Assembly (NCBI GenBank): GCA_963835855.1
Contig: CAWIHA010000011.1
Coordinates: 13,608-77,607, forward strand
DNA from: Bryobacterales bacterium
GTDB lineage: Bacteria > Acidobacteriota > Terriglobia > Bryobacterales > Bryobacteraceae
Length of the DNA stretch: 64,000 nucleotides
Direction of reading: 5' to 3'
A program made the translations under genes and the position numbers. Below the pieces are notes generated by a model. It was not told the origin of the DNA and ran no database searches. It saw only the letters and a program-made list of their open reading frames with translations. Positions 27,792 through 37,280 of the stretch are shown here, one piece after another (position 1 is the first letter of the stretch; each line of letters opens with the position of its first letter).

Positions 27792-28175
27792 ATGAGTTTC
27801 ACAGTCTTTCTCGGCAATCTTCCTGCCTGGGTGACCGCGGACGATGTCCAGTCGTGGCTCACCTCGGAAAACCTCGTCGCTGACACCATCAAAGTGATTC
27901 GCAACCCCGAGACGCAGGAGTCGAAGGGTTTCGCCTTTGTCGATGCTCCCAATCAAGAGGAGATGCAGGCGATTATCCGCCGCTTTGACCGCGCGCCCCT
28001 GGAAGGCCGGCTGCTCCGAGCCAATCCAGCGCTACCGCCCAAGCCGAAGAACCATAAGCCGGAAGAGCGCGGTTCGCAGCCGTACCTCCGGCGCAGCGGC
28101 AACAACCAAAAGAGGCTGAAGGGCAACGAACAGCCGAAAAGCGCGTTCGCGACCGAGCTGGCCAAAGTCCTCTAA
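27792..28175 (+). CDS. RRM-type RNA-binding protein
   Basis: RNP2 VFLGNL and RNP1 KGFAFVD motifs. Basic C-terminal tail. Confidence 0.85.
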   Translation: MSFTVFLGNLPAWVTADDVQSWLTSENLVADTIKVIRNPETQESKGFAFVDAPNQEEMQAIIRRFDRAPLEGRLLRANPALPPKPKNHKPEERGSQPYLRRSGNNQKRLKGNEQPKSAFATELAKVL

Positions 28176-28414
28176 CTTCCTCCGAATCATTCGGTTGTCG
28201 ATGCGGCTTTGCAATGATCCCCCATTCAGCCGGCGTGCCATCCGGCTGTGCCGGGGTGTCTTCCTAATGCTCCAGCCGCGCTACGACCGACACCAGTACT
28301 TTTCTTGACGATAAAGAGATGCTAAAGCCGTGGTGTCCTGCCTCGAACAGTGCTATACTCATGACGCGTAGTGGTGTTATCATTTTTTAATTCTTGAGAC
28401 GAGGTGCCTTATTT

Positions 28415-29521
28415 ATGAGTAACTTATTGATAATTCGCGGTTTCTTCGTTTTGCTCCTCGGTTTGGCTGGCTACACGCTGTCTCCATTTAGAGGCATGAC
28501 ATATCCGGTAGCCGCGTCCCTGGCGGGATTGGCGGTCGGGTTGGCACTCGGAATTGCCATCGTCGTTTTTGAGATCCGGGTCAGAGAGATTAGCCTAAGG
28601 CGGCTCATCGGATCAGCCATCGGCTCTACCATGGGCATTATGGGGGCGGTCCTGATTGCGATCGTCCTGCAATGGGCGCTCAGGCAGGGGCACCCAGCCC
28701 TGCCGTTCCTCCAAGTCCTGATTCTGTCCTTGATGACCTACATCGGAGTGATCGTCGGAGCCAACAAAGGCGACATGTTGAACCTCGCGGCCCTGGGCGG
28801 CATCTTCGGCGGGGAGAAGGCCGGCAAACAAGCCTTCAAGATCCTCGATACCAGCGTCATTATCGACGGCCGCATCGCCGATATCGCCGAGACCGGATTT
28901 CTGGACGGCACCATCGTGATCCCGCAGTTCGTTTTGCGGGAGCTGCAGCTCGTGGCGGACTCGGCCGATTCGATGAAGCGCAATCGTGGCCGGCGCGGCC
29001 TCGACATCCTGCAACGCGTTCAGAAGATGGCGCACCTGAACGTGCAGATCCTAGAGGATGATTTCCCGCACATACGCGACGTGGACATGAAGCTCATCGA
29101 GCTCGCCAAGGTCTACGATTGCAAGATTGTCACCAACGATTTCAACCTCAACAAGATTGCCCAGTTGCACGGGGTTGAGGTGCTGAACATCAACGAGCTG
29201 GCGAATGCGCTGAAGCCGATCGTGCTGCCGGGCGAGGCAATGCGGGTCTTTATTCTCAAAGAGGGTAAAGAATACAACCAGGGTGTGGCTTACCTGGACG
29301 ACGGCACGATGGTGGTGGTGGATAACGCCAAGCGGCTGCTTTCGAAGACCATCGACATTACGGTTACGAGCGTGCTCCAGACGACCGCCGGCAAGATGAT
29401 CTTCGGCCGGTTCGACGAACGGGTGCATACGGTTTATGACAAGACCCAGCCGACCGAGCGGCATGATCGCCCGCAGCGGGAGCAGCCGGCACCCGCAGCC
29501 TCCGGATCGCCTGGCAACTAG
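28415..29521 (+). CDS. Membrane-anchored PIN/TRAM domain protein (YacL-like)
   Basis: Four N-terminal TM helices, PIN domain ([11 protein letters not shown]...VTNDFNLNK), TRAM ([25 protein letters not shown]). ATG 8 nt after GAGGTG. Upstream of ispD as in many genomes. Confidence 0.85.
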   Translation: MSNLLIIRGFFVLLLGLAGYTLSPFRGMTYPVAASLAGLAVGLALGIAIVVFEIRVREISLRRLIGSAIGSTMGIMGAVLIAIVLQWALRQGHPALPFLQVLILSLMTYIGVIVGANKGDMLNLAALGGIFGGEKAGKQAFKILDTSVIIDGRIADIAETGFLDGTIVIPQFVLRELQLVADSADSMKRNRGRRGLDILQRVQKMAHLNVQILEDDFPHIRDVDMKLIELAKVYDCKIVTNDFNLNKIAQLHGVEVLNINELANALKPIVLPGEAMRVFILKEGKEYNQGVAYLDDGTMVVVDNAKRLLSKTIDITVTSVLQTTAGKMIFGRFDERVHTVYDKTQPTERHDRPQREQPAPAASGSPGN

Positions 29522-29565
29522 CCCGGCAATGACGCATTGAACAGGGATACAATCGTATCTCGAAC

Positions 29566-30291
29566 ATGAAAGTAGCTGTGATCTTGCCCGCTGCGGGTCT
29601 CGGCATTCGCATGAGGCGGAGTTCCGCCGAGAAATCGGGCACGAGCCGCAAGCAGTTCATGCTTCTGGACGGATCCCCGATCCTTTTGCACACCATACGG
29701 AAATTTGTGGCATGCCCGCCGGTTGGAGAGATCGTCGTTGCATTGCGGCCCGAAGATATCGAGTGGGTGCGCGAGTTGCTGAAACAAGAGGCGCTTCCCA
29801 CTCCCGTCCGGCTCGTCGAGGGCGGCGATAGCCGTCAGGAATCGGTCGAGCACGCACTCGCCACCCTTACGCCCGATACCGATCTGGTCGCAGTGCATGA
29901 TGCCGTGCGGCCGTTTATCGATCGGGCCACGATCGATAAGGTCATCCAGGAAGCCGCCGAGACCGGTGCGGCTATTGTCGGTATCGTGCCGGTGGACACG
30001 ATAAAGCAGGTCCGCAAGAACAAGGTCCATGCGACGTTGCCGCGCGAGCGGCTGACGCTAGTGCAGACCCCCCAGGTTTTCCGTTATCCGCTGATCAAAG
30101 AAGCGTTTGAGAGGGCCCGCGAGGACGGGTTTTCCGGCACGGACGAGTCGAGCCTGGTCGAGCGGCTGGAGAAAGTGCAAGTGAGCGTCGTTCTCGGCAG
30201 CGACCGCAACATCAAGATCACGAAGCCTTCCGACATGGACCTCGCGCGGCTGTTCCTGGCCGAAGAGTCCGCTCAGCGAAAGGCGTCCTAA
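29566..30291 (+). CDS. ispD: 2-C-methyl-D-erythritol 4-phosphate cytidylyltransferase
   Basis: VILPAAGLGIRM, VHDAVRPF and VQTPQVF motifs. Confidence 0.93.
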   Translation: MKVAVILPAAGLGIRMRRSSAEKSGTSRKQFMLLDGSPILLHTIRKFVACPPVGEIVVALRPEDIEWVRELLKQEALPTPVRLVEGGDSRQESVEHALATLTPDTDLVAVHDAVRPFIDRATIDKVIQEAAETGAAIVGIVPVDTIKQVRKNKVHATLPRERLTLVQTPQVFRYPLIKEAFERAREDGFSGTDESSLVERLEKVQVSVVLGSDRNIKITKPSDMDLARLFLAEESAQRKAS

Positions 30292-30301
30292 GAAACGGCC
30301 C

Positions 30302-30786
30302 ATGCCCGACCACCGAACCGGTATTGGATGGGACGCTCACCGGCTCGCCCCTAACCGCCCTCTGATCCTCGGCGGAGTCAGGGTGCCCTCGGAACTAGGC
30401 TTGGAGGGCCACTCGGATGCCGACGTACTTTCGCACGCGATCACGGATGCGCTGCTCGGCGCCGCCGCGCTCGGCGATATCGGCATGCACTTCCCGGATT
30501 CCGACCCGCGCTGGACTGGCGCGGACAGTCTTGTCTTTCTACGGCACGCACGTGACTTGGCGAATGCTGAGGGCTTTCGGCTCGTCAGCGTGGACGCGAC
30601 GGTGATTCTGGAGCGCCCGAAGCTGAAGGACTACCGCATGGCGATTCGCCAGAAACTGGCCGGAGCGCTGGAACTGCTGCTCGATCAGGTATCCGTGAAA
30701 TTTAAGACCGCCGAGGGCCTGGGACCGGTGGAGAGGGCCGCTCAGCCGAAGCCCACGCCGTGGTCACAATCAAGCGGGCGCGCTAA
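30302..30786 (+). CDS. ispF: 2-C-methyl-D-erythritol 2,4-cyclodiphosphate synthase, with an apparent 1-nt frameshift near 30721-30724
   Basis: The N-terminal 140 aa are canonical (IGWDAHRL, GHSDADVLSHAITDALLGA). After AEGLG the expected C-terminus TGGEGRSAEAHAVVTIKRAR-stop is in the -1 frame and ends at 30786. The in-frame continuation to 30943 is Pro/Arg-rich and overlaps the next gene. Confidence 0.85.
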
Positions 30787-30845
30787 GCCGACCTATCTCC
30801 GAGGGGCTGACCGCGCGATCCCGGCGCCAGCGGCGATCCCCGCAC

Positions 30846-31322
30846 CTATGCCGGTTTCGCAATTTGGGCGTACTCCTGTTCCGATTTCGCCGGCAGCAGG
30901 ACCCAAAGCGTGTAGATGCCGAGCGCCGTGCCGAACGGTATAGAGATCAGGTTGAAACTCCCCCACACGATGGCCAACATGCGCGCCCACGGACGCCGCT
31001 CCAGCAACCCCCAGCCTGTCACGATGCCGATGACGGCCGCAGCCAGAAGCAGCACGCCCGCCACTTGTAGCAAAGCGTTGACAAACCCTGGGACACCGCG
31101 TAGCAACGGGCAGTACATGCCATGCCCGAACATGCACAGCAAGACCACCCCCGGGATCAGGCGGAGCACGGAAATCGCCAGCCACAAGATGCCCAGCAGC
31201 CGGACATGGCCGGCGACCCGGTGCTCGGCCGGCATCGTCGGTTCGGGCCCCACGGCCTTGCCGCATGCCGGACAAAAACCCTGAGACTCCTGCAACTGCG
31301 CGCCGCAACGAATGCAAAACAT
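30846..31322 (-). CDS. Zinc-ribbon domain membrane protein
   Basis: MFCIRCGAQL...CPACG zinc ribbon followed by four hydrophobic helices. GGAGG 8 nt upstream of ATG 31322. Confidence 0.65.
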   Translation of the reverse strand: MFCIRCGAQLQESQGFCPACGKAVGPEPTMPAEHRVAGHVRLLGILWLAISVLRLIPGVVLLCMFGHGMYCPLLRGVPGFVNALLQVAGVLLLAAAVIGIVTGWGLLERRPWARMLAIVWGSFNLISIPFGTALGIYTLWVLLPAKSEQEYAQIAKPA

Positions 31323-31486
31323 AATAAGACCTCCTGGATCGCCATAGAATACGACGGCACGGCTCCGTTTGTTCCACGGGAATCTGTGATTGCCGCCCAA
31401 GGGGATGCAGACGCCTGAAGCGCGAGCCGCGGCGCCGGCAGCCTTTCGCGCTGGCGCTGCTCGCTGAATTCGAATGGATCCTGAGC

Positions 31487-31696
31487 TTACTTGGCCCGGC
31501 GCTGTTTCTGCTGGCCGACGCGGATCTTGAAGTGCTGCTGTTTTGCTTCCTGGTGGGCCTTATGGTCGTGCCGCGCGACGAGATCCGCCAGGTAGGCGTC
31601 TATGCTGGTCTCTTTCGGCACCACGGCCATCACCGTAAAAGTCTCATTACAGACCGGGCAGTGAGGCCGGAATCGCCTGACGTTGGGAATTGCCAT
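31487..31696 (-). CDS. Small basic CxxC protein, hypothetical
   Basis: 69 aa from ATG 31696 (MAIPNVRRFRPHCPVCNETF...). Same strand and directly downstream of the NRAMP-like gene. Confidence 0.4.
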   Translation of the reverse strand: MAIPNVRRFRPHCPVCNETFTVMAVVPKETSIDAYLADLVARHDHKAHQEAKQQHFKIRVGQQKQRRAK

Positions 31697-31730
31697 ACTT
31701 TTGTATCGTAACACGCGTTCCCGGCTGGCA

Positions 31731-33002
31731 TCATTGCCCCAACTGCCGTATGGTGATGCCCACCAGCGCCAGCGTCAGGCCGATCATAATTGCCACAGAT
31801 GCCCACGCCACCACGTTGTAAGACTTCGAGTTCGTCCATTTGCCCATGAGATCCGTCTTGTTGATCAGCAAGACCATGTAGATCAGCACGACCGGCAGCA
31901 GCACGCCATTGAGCACCTGCGACCAGATGATCATCTTGATCAGCGGGAACTTCGGGATGAGCACGATGCCCGCCCCGATCACGATCAGCAGCGTGTACAG
32001 CCAGTAAAAGACCGGCGCCTCGCGGAGCCGCCGGTTCACGCCCGCTTCGAAGCCCAGGCCCTCGCAGACCGAATACGCGGTCGAGAGCGGCAGGATCGAG
32101 GCAGCGAACAGCGACGCGTTGAACAGCCCGGCGCTGAACAGCAGGAAGGCGTACTTGCCGAACGGCTTCAGCGCCTGTGCGGCCACCCCGGCGTCGTTGA
32201 TGTCCCGGGGGCCGTTCGCCCAGATCGCCGCCGCGCACGCCACAATGATGAAGAACGCGATCACCGAAGTTCCGATGCAGCCCACGACCACCTCGATGCG
32301 CGAGGCCTTGTATTCGTCCGCCGTGACCCCCTTCTCGACCACTGCCGCCTGCAAATAGAACTGCATCCAGGGCGCAACCGAAGTGCCCACCATGGCGATC
32401 AGCATCACGATGTAACCGGCATCCAACATCAACACCGGCTTGACGCTGTAAACGGCCGCCTCGACCCAATTCGGCTTCAGCAGCACCGCCGAAATGATGT
32501 AGCTGACGTACAGGAAACTCGCGAGCAGGAAGATTTTTTCAACGCTCCGGTAGGTGCCCTTCACCACCAGCAGCCAGACTGCGGCCGCGCAAACCGGAAC
32601 GGAAATGGCACGGCTGATCGAAAACAGCTCGAGCGAGGTGGCGATGCCGGCGAACTCCGCCATTACGTTGGTCAGGTTCGTCAGCACCAGCACGCTCATC
32701 AACAAGAACGTAGCGCGCAGTCCGAACTCCTCGCGGATCAGGTCCGAGAGGCCCTTGCCCGTCACCGCGCCCATGCGCGAGTTCATTTCCTCGGTGATGA
32801 TCAGCAGGACGGTGATCGGCAGCAGCGTCCACAGCGGCAGATAGCCGAACCTCGCGCCCGCCTGGGAGTAAGTGAGGATGCCGCCTGAGTCGTTGTCCAC
32901 CATCGCGGTGACGAAGCCCGGGCCAAGTACGGAGAGGAACAGGGCAATCTGCAACCGGCCCCGCTTGAGCGTGTGTCGGATTCCTTTCAGCATCAGCCTC
33001 AC
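31731..33002 (-). CDS. NRAMP-fold transporter with non-canonical metal-site motifs (DSGG / APW instead of DPGN / MPH)
   Basis: 11-12 TM segments. LGPGFVTAMVDNDSGGILTYSQAGARFGY aligns to MntH TM1, and MVGTSVAPWMQFYLQ aligns to TM6. GTG at 33002 or ATG at 32993 (preceded by GGTGAGG). Confidence 0.85.
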   Translation of the reverse strand: MRLMLKGIRHTLKRGRLQIALFLSVLGPGFVTAMVDNDSGGILTYSQAGARFGYLPLWTLLPITVLLIITEEMNSRMGAVTGKGLSDLIREEFGLRATFLLMSVLVLTNLTNVMAEFAGIATSLELFSISRAISVPVCAAAVWLLVVKGTYRSVEKIFLLASFLYVSYIISAVLLKPNWVEAAVYSVKPVLMLDAGYIVMLIAMVGTSVAPWMQFYLQAAVVEKGVTADEYKASRIEVVVGCIGTSVIAFFIIVACAAAIWANGPRDINDAGVAAQALKPFGKYAFLLFSAGLFNASLFAASILPLSTAYSVCEGLGFEAGVNRRLREAPVFYWLYTLLIVIGAGIVLIPKFPLIKMIIWSQVLNGVLLPVVLIYMVLLINKTDLMGKWTNSKSYNVVAWASVAIMIGLTLALVGITIRQLGQ

Positions 33003-33005
33003 CGC

Positions 33006-34244
33006 TCACTTCTGCCTCAACACGGAAATAATGTCGTCGGCTGTGATGACGCCCACCAACTTGCCGTCCTCATCGACCACGGGCAGGGTCAGAATGTTGT
33101 ACTTGTCGAACAGTTCTGTCATGCGATCCTGCTTCTCATCGACCGTAGCCCTGATGAGCGTGGCCGTGGCCAGCTCTTTCAACAGCTGCGTGCCCGTGGC
33201 GATGAAGACCTTCCCGATCGGCACCGCCGCAACCAGCTTGCCTGCGGCATCGATCAGAAACAGCGTGTTCAGTCCTTCCAGCAGGTCCTGGTTCGCCTTG
33301 AACGCGGTCATGGCATCGGCGGCAGTCGCGTTCTCGGGGAGCGCGACGTACTCGGTGTTCATCATGCCGCCGGCGGTGTCCTCTTCGTATTCGAGCAGCT
33401 CCCGGACTTCCGCCTTAGGCTCAACTTCCATCTTCTGAAGGATCTCCTCCGAAGCTTCCTCGTCCATCTCGGCGAGCGCGTCGGCGGCCTCGTCGGGAGC
33501 CATCTCCTCGATGATATCGGCTGCCTTTTCGGCCTCGAGCGATTCGAGAATCGCAGCCTGCATTTTCGGATCCACCTCGGAGAGTGCGTCGGCCGCCGCT
33601 TCGCTGTCGATGGTTTCGAAGATCGCCTCGCGCTCTTCGGGACTCAGATCTTCGACGATATCGGCCAGGTCGGCGGGGTGCAGATCTTCGAGCCTCTGGT
33701 GCGAGATGTTGAGGCGTAGCCGGCGCTGCGGATCCGCTTCGACGATGTTGCAGAATTCCCAGCGGATCGATTTCGGCGCGATGGGCTCTTGCAGCCGGCG
33801 GATCCAACGCCGCGGGAGCCAGCCCTGGAACACCCGGCGCAGCATGCTGCGCACGCCGACGTCCACCTCGAGCACGCGCAGAAGGTCGGAATCGTTGTGT
33901 TTGTGGATCTCGAAGGTGACGTCGTTCACCCGCACGACTTTCCGCCCGTTCACGTCGATAATTTGCTGGTCGAGCAGGTCCCGCGCGATGCGCAGCATGT
34001 ATTCGTCATCATGGTAAGGGGTGAGAATCTCATCGCGGAGGTGCACGCCATCGAGCGAGATGGAGCGGATCTGGTCCCAGCGGACGGTGAGCCAGGTCCA
34101 GCCCCCGCCCACCAGGTATCGGTCCACGCGGACCGGGTCGACGAGCGGAACTAGCGCGGCGTCGTCGATGCGGCCAATGCGGCGGCCCTTGAGATCGTAA
34201 ACCTTCAGACCAAGGATTTCCGTGAAGTAAAGAATGTCGGCCAT
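33006..34244 (-). CDS. Soluble PRC-barrel / MgtE_N / CBS-pair protein lacking the MgtE membrane domain
   Basis: PRC-like N-terminus (ILGLKVYDLKGRRIGRIDDAALV), acidic MgtE_N helices (HPADLADIVEDLSPEEREAIFETID...AADIIEEMAPDEAADALAEMD), two CBS motifs (LPVVDEDGKLVGVITADDII). No hydrophobic segments. Confidence 0.85.
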   Translation of the reverse strand: MADILYFTEILGLKVYDLKGRRIGRIDDAALVPLVDPVRVDRYLVGGGWTWLTVRWDQIRSISLDGVHLRDEILTPYHDDEYMLRIARDLLDQQIIDVNGRKVVRVNDVTFEIHKHNDSDLLRVLEVDVGVRSMLRRVFQGWLPRRWIRRLQEPIAPKSIRWEFCNIVEADPQRRLRLNISHQRLEDLHPADLADIVEDLSPEEREAIFETIDSEAAADALSEVDPKMQAAILESLEAEKAADIIEEMAPDEAADALAEMDEEASEEILQKMEVEPKAEVRELLEYEEDTAGGMMNTEYVALPENATAADAMTAFKANQDLLEGLNTLFLIDAAGKLVAAVPIGKVFIATGTQLLKELATATLIRATVDEKQDRMTELFDKYNILTLPVVDEDGKLVGVITADDIISVLRQK

Positions 34245-34353
34245 CGAAAGATGTCCTGCGATCGTGGCTTGCCTGGCAGCACCTTATACGATAACCGCAT
34301 GGCCGGCGAGCTACGATCCACGATCAACCCCACAACCCGCATGTCGCTGCTCA

Positions 34354-35838
34354 CTACCCAAGCTTCTGTTTGAGAAGCTCGTTCACGGCCCCCGGGTTCG
34401 CCTGGCCGCGGCTGGCCGCCATGACCTTACCGACGAAGAACCCGAACACCGCGGTTTTGCCGGCCTTGTACTGTTCGACCTGTTTCGGGTTCGCCGCGAG
34501 CACTTCGTCGACGATCTTCGCGAGCGCACCGGGATCGCTGATCTGCTTGAGGCCTTCGCGTTCCATGATCGCCCGCGCCGGCTCGCCGCTAGCCAACATC
34601 TTGGCAAAAACCTCCTTTGCCAGTTTGCCCGAGAGCTCGCCTCTCGCGATCAGCGCCAGAAGCTCACCCAACTGGCTGGCCGTGACCGGCGATTCGGTGA
34701 TGTCTTTGTCTTCGGCTTTGAGCGCCGCGGCCAGATCGCCCATCACCCAATTCGCGGCCGCACGCGAATCGCCCGAGGTCACGGCCGCTTGCTCAAAATA
34801 CTCCGCCATGCCGCGCGTTGCCGTGAGCACTTCGGCATCGTACTCGCGCAGGCCGTACCTCTCAACGAACCGCTTGCGTTTGGCGGGCGGCAGCTCGGGC
34901 AGCTCGGATCGTACGCGAGCCCGCCAAGCATCGCTGAGATCGAGCGGCAGCAGGTCCGGCTCCGGGAAATAGCGGTAGTCGTGCGCGTGCTCTTTCGAGC
35001 GCATGTCGGCCGTCGCGCCGGTCTCGGGGTCGTAGAGCCGTGTCTCCTGCTGGACCGTTCCGCCGCTCTCGATCACCGCCACCTGCCGCGAGATCTCATA
35101 GTCGAGCGCCATCCTCAGAAACCGGAACGAGTTCAGGTTCTTGACCTCGGCTTTGGTTCCGAACTTCTCTTGGCCGCGCGGCCTCACGGAGACGTTCGCG
35201 TCGCAGCGCAGGTGGCCCTTCTCCATGTCGCAGGTCGAGACTTCGACATACTGCAGAAGGAGCTTCAGCTCGGTGAGATACGCGTAGGCTTCAGCCGAGC
35301 TGCGCATATCCGGATCGCTGACGATCTCGATCAGCGGCGTGCCGGTACGGTTCAGATCGATGTAGCTGTAGCGATCCGAATCGCGAAAGCCCTCATGCAG
35401 GCTCTTGCCCGCGTCGTCTTCCAGGTGCACACGCGTCACGCCAAGCCGCTTCGTCACGCCGTCCAGCAGGATGTCGATGTAGCCGTGCTCACCCACCGGC
35501 TGGTCGTACTGGCTGATCTGGTAGCCCTTGGGGAGGTCCGGATAGAAGTAGTTCTTCCGGGCGAAGCGCGACCGCGGATTCACCGTGCAATTGAGCGCCA
35601 TGGCCGCTTTCATCGCCATCTCGACCGCGGTGCGGTTCAACACCGGCAGAGCGCCCGGCAGGCCCAGGCAGACCGGGCATACGTTTGTATTCGGCGGCGC
35701 GCCGAAACCGGCCGGACACGCGCAGTAGATTTTTGAGCGGGTCGCCAACTGCACGTGGACTTCCAGGCCGATCACGGGTTCGTACTTGGCCAGGATCTCC
35801 GGCGTGACGAGCGCGGCGGCGGAAGACATGAATATCAT
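34354..35838 (-). CDS. gatB: Asp/Glu-tRNA(Asn/Gln) amidotransferase subunit B
   Basis: YEPVIGLEVHVQL, CDANVSVR and C-terminal YqeY-like tail GQANPGAVNELLKQKL. Alternative ATG at 35829. Confidence 0.95.
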   Translation of the reverse strand: MIFMSSAAALVTPEILAKYEPVIGLEVHVQLATRSKIYCACPAGFGAPPNTNVCPVCLGLPGALPVLNRTAVEMAMKAAMALNCTVNPRSRFARKNYFYPDLPKGYQISQYDQPVGEHGYIDILLDGVTKRLGVTRVHLEDDAGKSLHEGFRDSDRYSYIDLNRTGTPLIEIVSDPDMRSSAEAYAYLTELKLLLQYVEVSTCDMEKGHLRCDANVSVRPRGQEKFGTKAEVKNLNSFRFLRMALDYEISRQVAVIESGGTVQQETRLYDPETGATADMRSKEHAHDYRYFPEPDLLPLDLSDAWRARVRSELPELPPAKRKRFVERYGLREYDAEVLTATRGMAEYFEQAAVTSGDSRAAANWVMGDLAAALKAEDKDITESPVTASQLGELLALIARGELSGKLAKEVFAKMLASGEPARAIMEREGLKQISDPGALAKIVDEVLAANPKQVEQYKAGKTAVFGFFVGKVMAASRGQANPGAVNELLKQKLG

Positions 35839-35900
35839 TATGCCGCACGGCGCCGCGGCTCTCGCACCGCCCCTCCGCTACAATAAACCCAGACGCCACC

Positions 35901-37280
35901 ATGGCCAAGGAATACGACCTGACTCCCAGGTGTGTGCCAGCGGTCGAGACGCCGTTCCGGCGCATTGCGACCGCGATTCCAGCGCCCGAGTCGGTTCTAA
36001 TCCTCGAACAACTCGCCCGGTACGAGCCCCTATCCATGCGCGGCCAGCCGCCCATTGTTTGGGACCGCGCCGAAGGTTTCCAGGTCTGGGATGCGTGGGG
36101 CAACTGCTGGGTGGACTGGTCTTCCGCCGTGCTCGTCGCCAACGCGGGGCACGGCCGGAGCGAGATCCGCGACGCCATCGCGCAGCAGGCCGCCAGCTCG
36201 CTGCTAACAAACTATTGCTTCCCGAGCGAGATCCGCGCGCGCTTGGTCGAGCGGCTGGCTTCGCTGCTGCCTGAACCGCTGAAGCGCATCTTTCTGCTGA
36301 CCACCGGCTCAGAAGCGGTCGAGTGCGCCATCAAGCTCTGCCGCGCCTATGGCGTGCGCCATGGCGGACGCTCCAAGCACGTGATCGTGTCGTTCGATCA
36401 GGCCTTCCACGGCCGCACGCTGGGCGCGCAGCAGGCCGGCGGCATCCCGGCACTCAAGGATTGGATCGTCAACCTCGACGCGGGCTTTGTGCAGGCGCCG
36501 TTTCCGGATGGTTTCTGGACCCCGGATACGTCGTTTGAGGCGTTCGAGCGGTGCCTGTCCGAGGCGGGCGTCGAGCCACAGAACGTTGCCGGCGTGATTC
36601 TAGAGACGTACCAGGGCGGCAGCGCCGCCTTCGCGCCGCGTCCTTACATGGAAGCGCTGCGGCAGTGGTCAACCGGACACAAGGTACTGCTGGTGTGCGA
36701 TGAAGTGCAGGCGGGATTCGGCCGCACTGGAACGCTGTGGGGCTTCGAGCACTACGGCATCGTTCCGGATCTGGCGTGCTTCGGCAAAGGCATCTCCAGC
36801 TCACTCCCCATCGCAGCCGTCGCGGGCCGCGCCGATGTCATGGACCTGTTCGGCCCGGGCACGATGACTTCGACGCACACCGGCAATCCCGTCTGCTGCG
36901 CCGCCGCGCTGGCTTCGATCGGCCGGATCGTCAACGAAAATCTGGCTGGCCGCGCTCAGGAAACCGGCGCTGTGCTGCATGATTGCCTGCACGCGCTCCA
37001 GGCGCGGTTCCCGCAAATCGGGTTTATCGGCGGAAAGGGGCTGGTTGCGGGGGTCGCGTGCGTGCGGCCCGGGACCAGGGAGCCCGATGGCGACCTGGCC
37101 TGGGATGTCGTGCGGCGTTCGGTCGAAAAGGGTGTGTTGATGTTCAGCCCGGTCGGCCATGGTGGCGCCACTATCAAGATCTGCCCGCCGCTCGTGATCA
37201 CCAGGGAAGCTCTCCTTGACAGCTTCACCGGCTTCGAAGAAGCATTCTCCGAATCGCTGTGCCAGGAGGCGGCCGTCTGA
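35901..37280 (+). CDS. Class III pyridoxal-phosphate aminotransferase
   Basis: LTTGSEAVECAIK, CDEVQAGFGRTG, FGKGISSSLP (PLP Lys) motifs. TACAAT hexamer 16 nt upstream of the ATG with no obvious SD. Confidence 0.88.
   Translation: MAKEYDLTPRCVPAVETPFRRIATAIPAPESVLILEQLARYEPLSMRGQPPIVWDRAEGFQVWDAWGNCWVDWSSAVLVANAGHGRSEIRDAIAQQAASSLLTNYCFPSEIRARLVERLASLLPEPLKRIFLLTTGSEAVECAIKLCRAYGVRHGGRSKHVIVSFDQAFHGRTLGAQQAGGIPALKDWIVNLDAGFVQAPFPDGFWTPDTSFEAFERCLSEAGVEPQNVAGVILETYQGGSAAFAPRPYMEALRQWSTGHKVLLVCDEVQAGFGRTGTLWGFEHYGIVPDLACFGKGISSSLPIAAVAGRADVMDLFGPGTMTSTHTGNPVCCAAALASIGRIVNENLAGRAQETGAVLHDCLHALQARFPQIGFIGGKGLVAGVACVRPGTREPDGDLAWDVVRRSVEKGVLMFSPVGHGGATIKICPPLVITREALLDSFTGFEEAFSESLCQEAAV

Noticed and set aside
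30787-30943. IspF read as a 213-aa protein with a novel C-terminal extension.
   Set aside because: The extension is Pro/Arg/Ala-rich and overlaps the convergent zinc-ribbon membrane gene. The canonical IspF C-terminus is present in the -1 frame, so a frameshift is the simpler explanation.
34245-34353. Looked for an M-box (Mg2+) or other riboswitch upstream of the MgtE_N-CBS/NRAMP operon.
   Set aside because: The spacer to gatB is only ~109 nt, shorter than an M-box, and shows no recognisable conserved riboswitch core.
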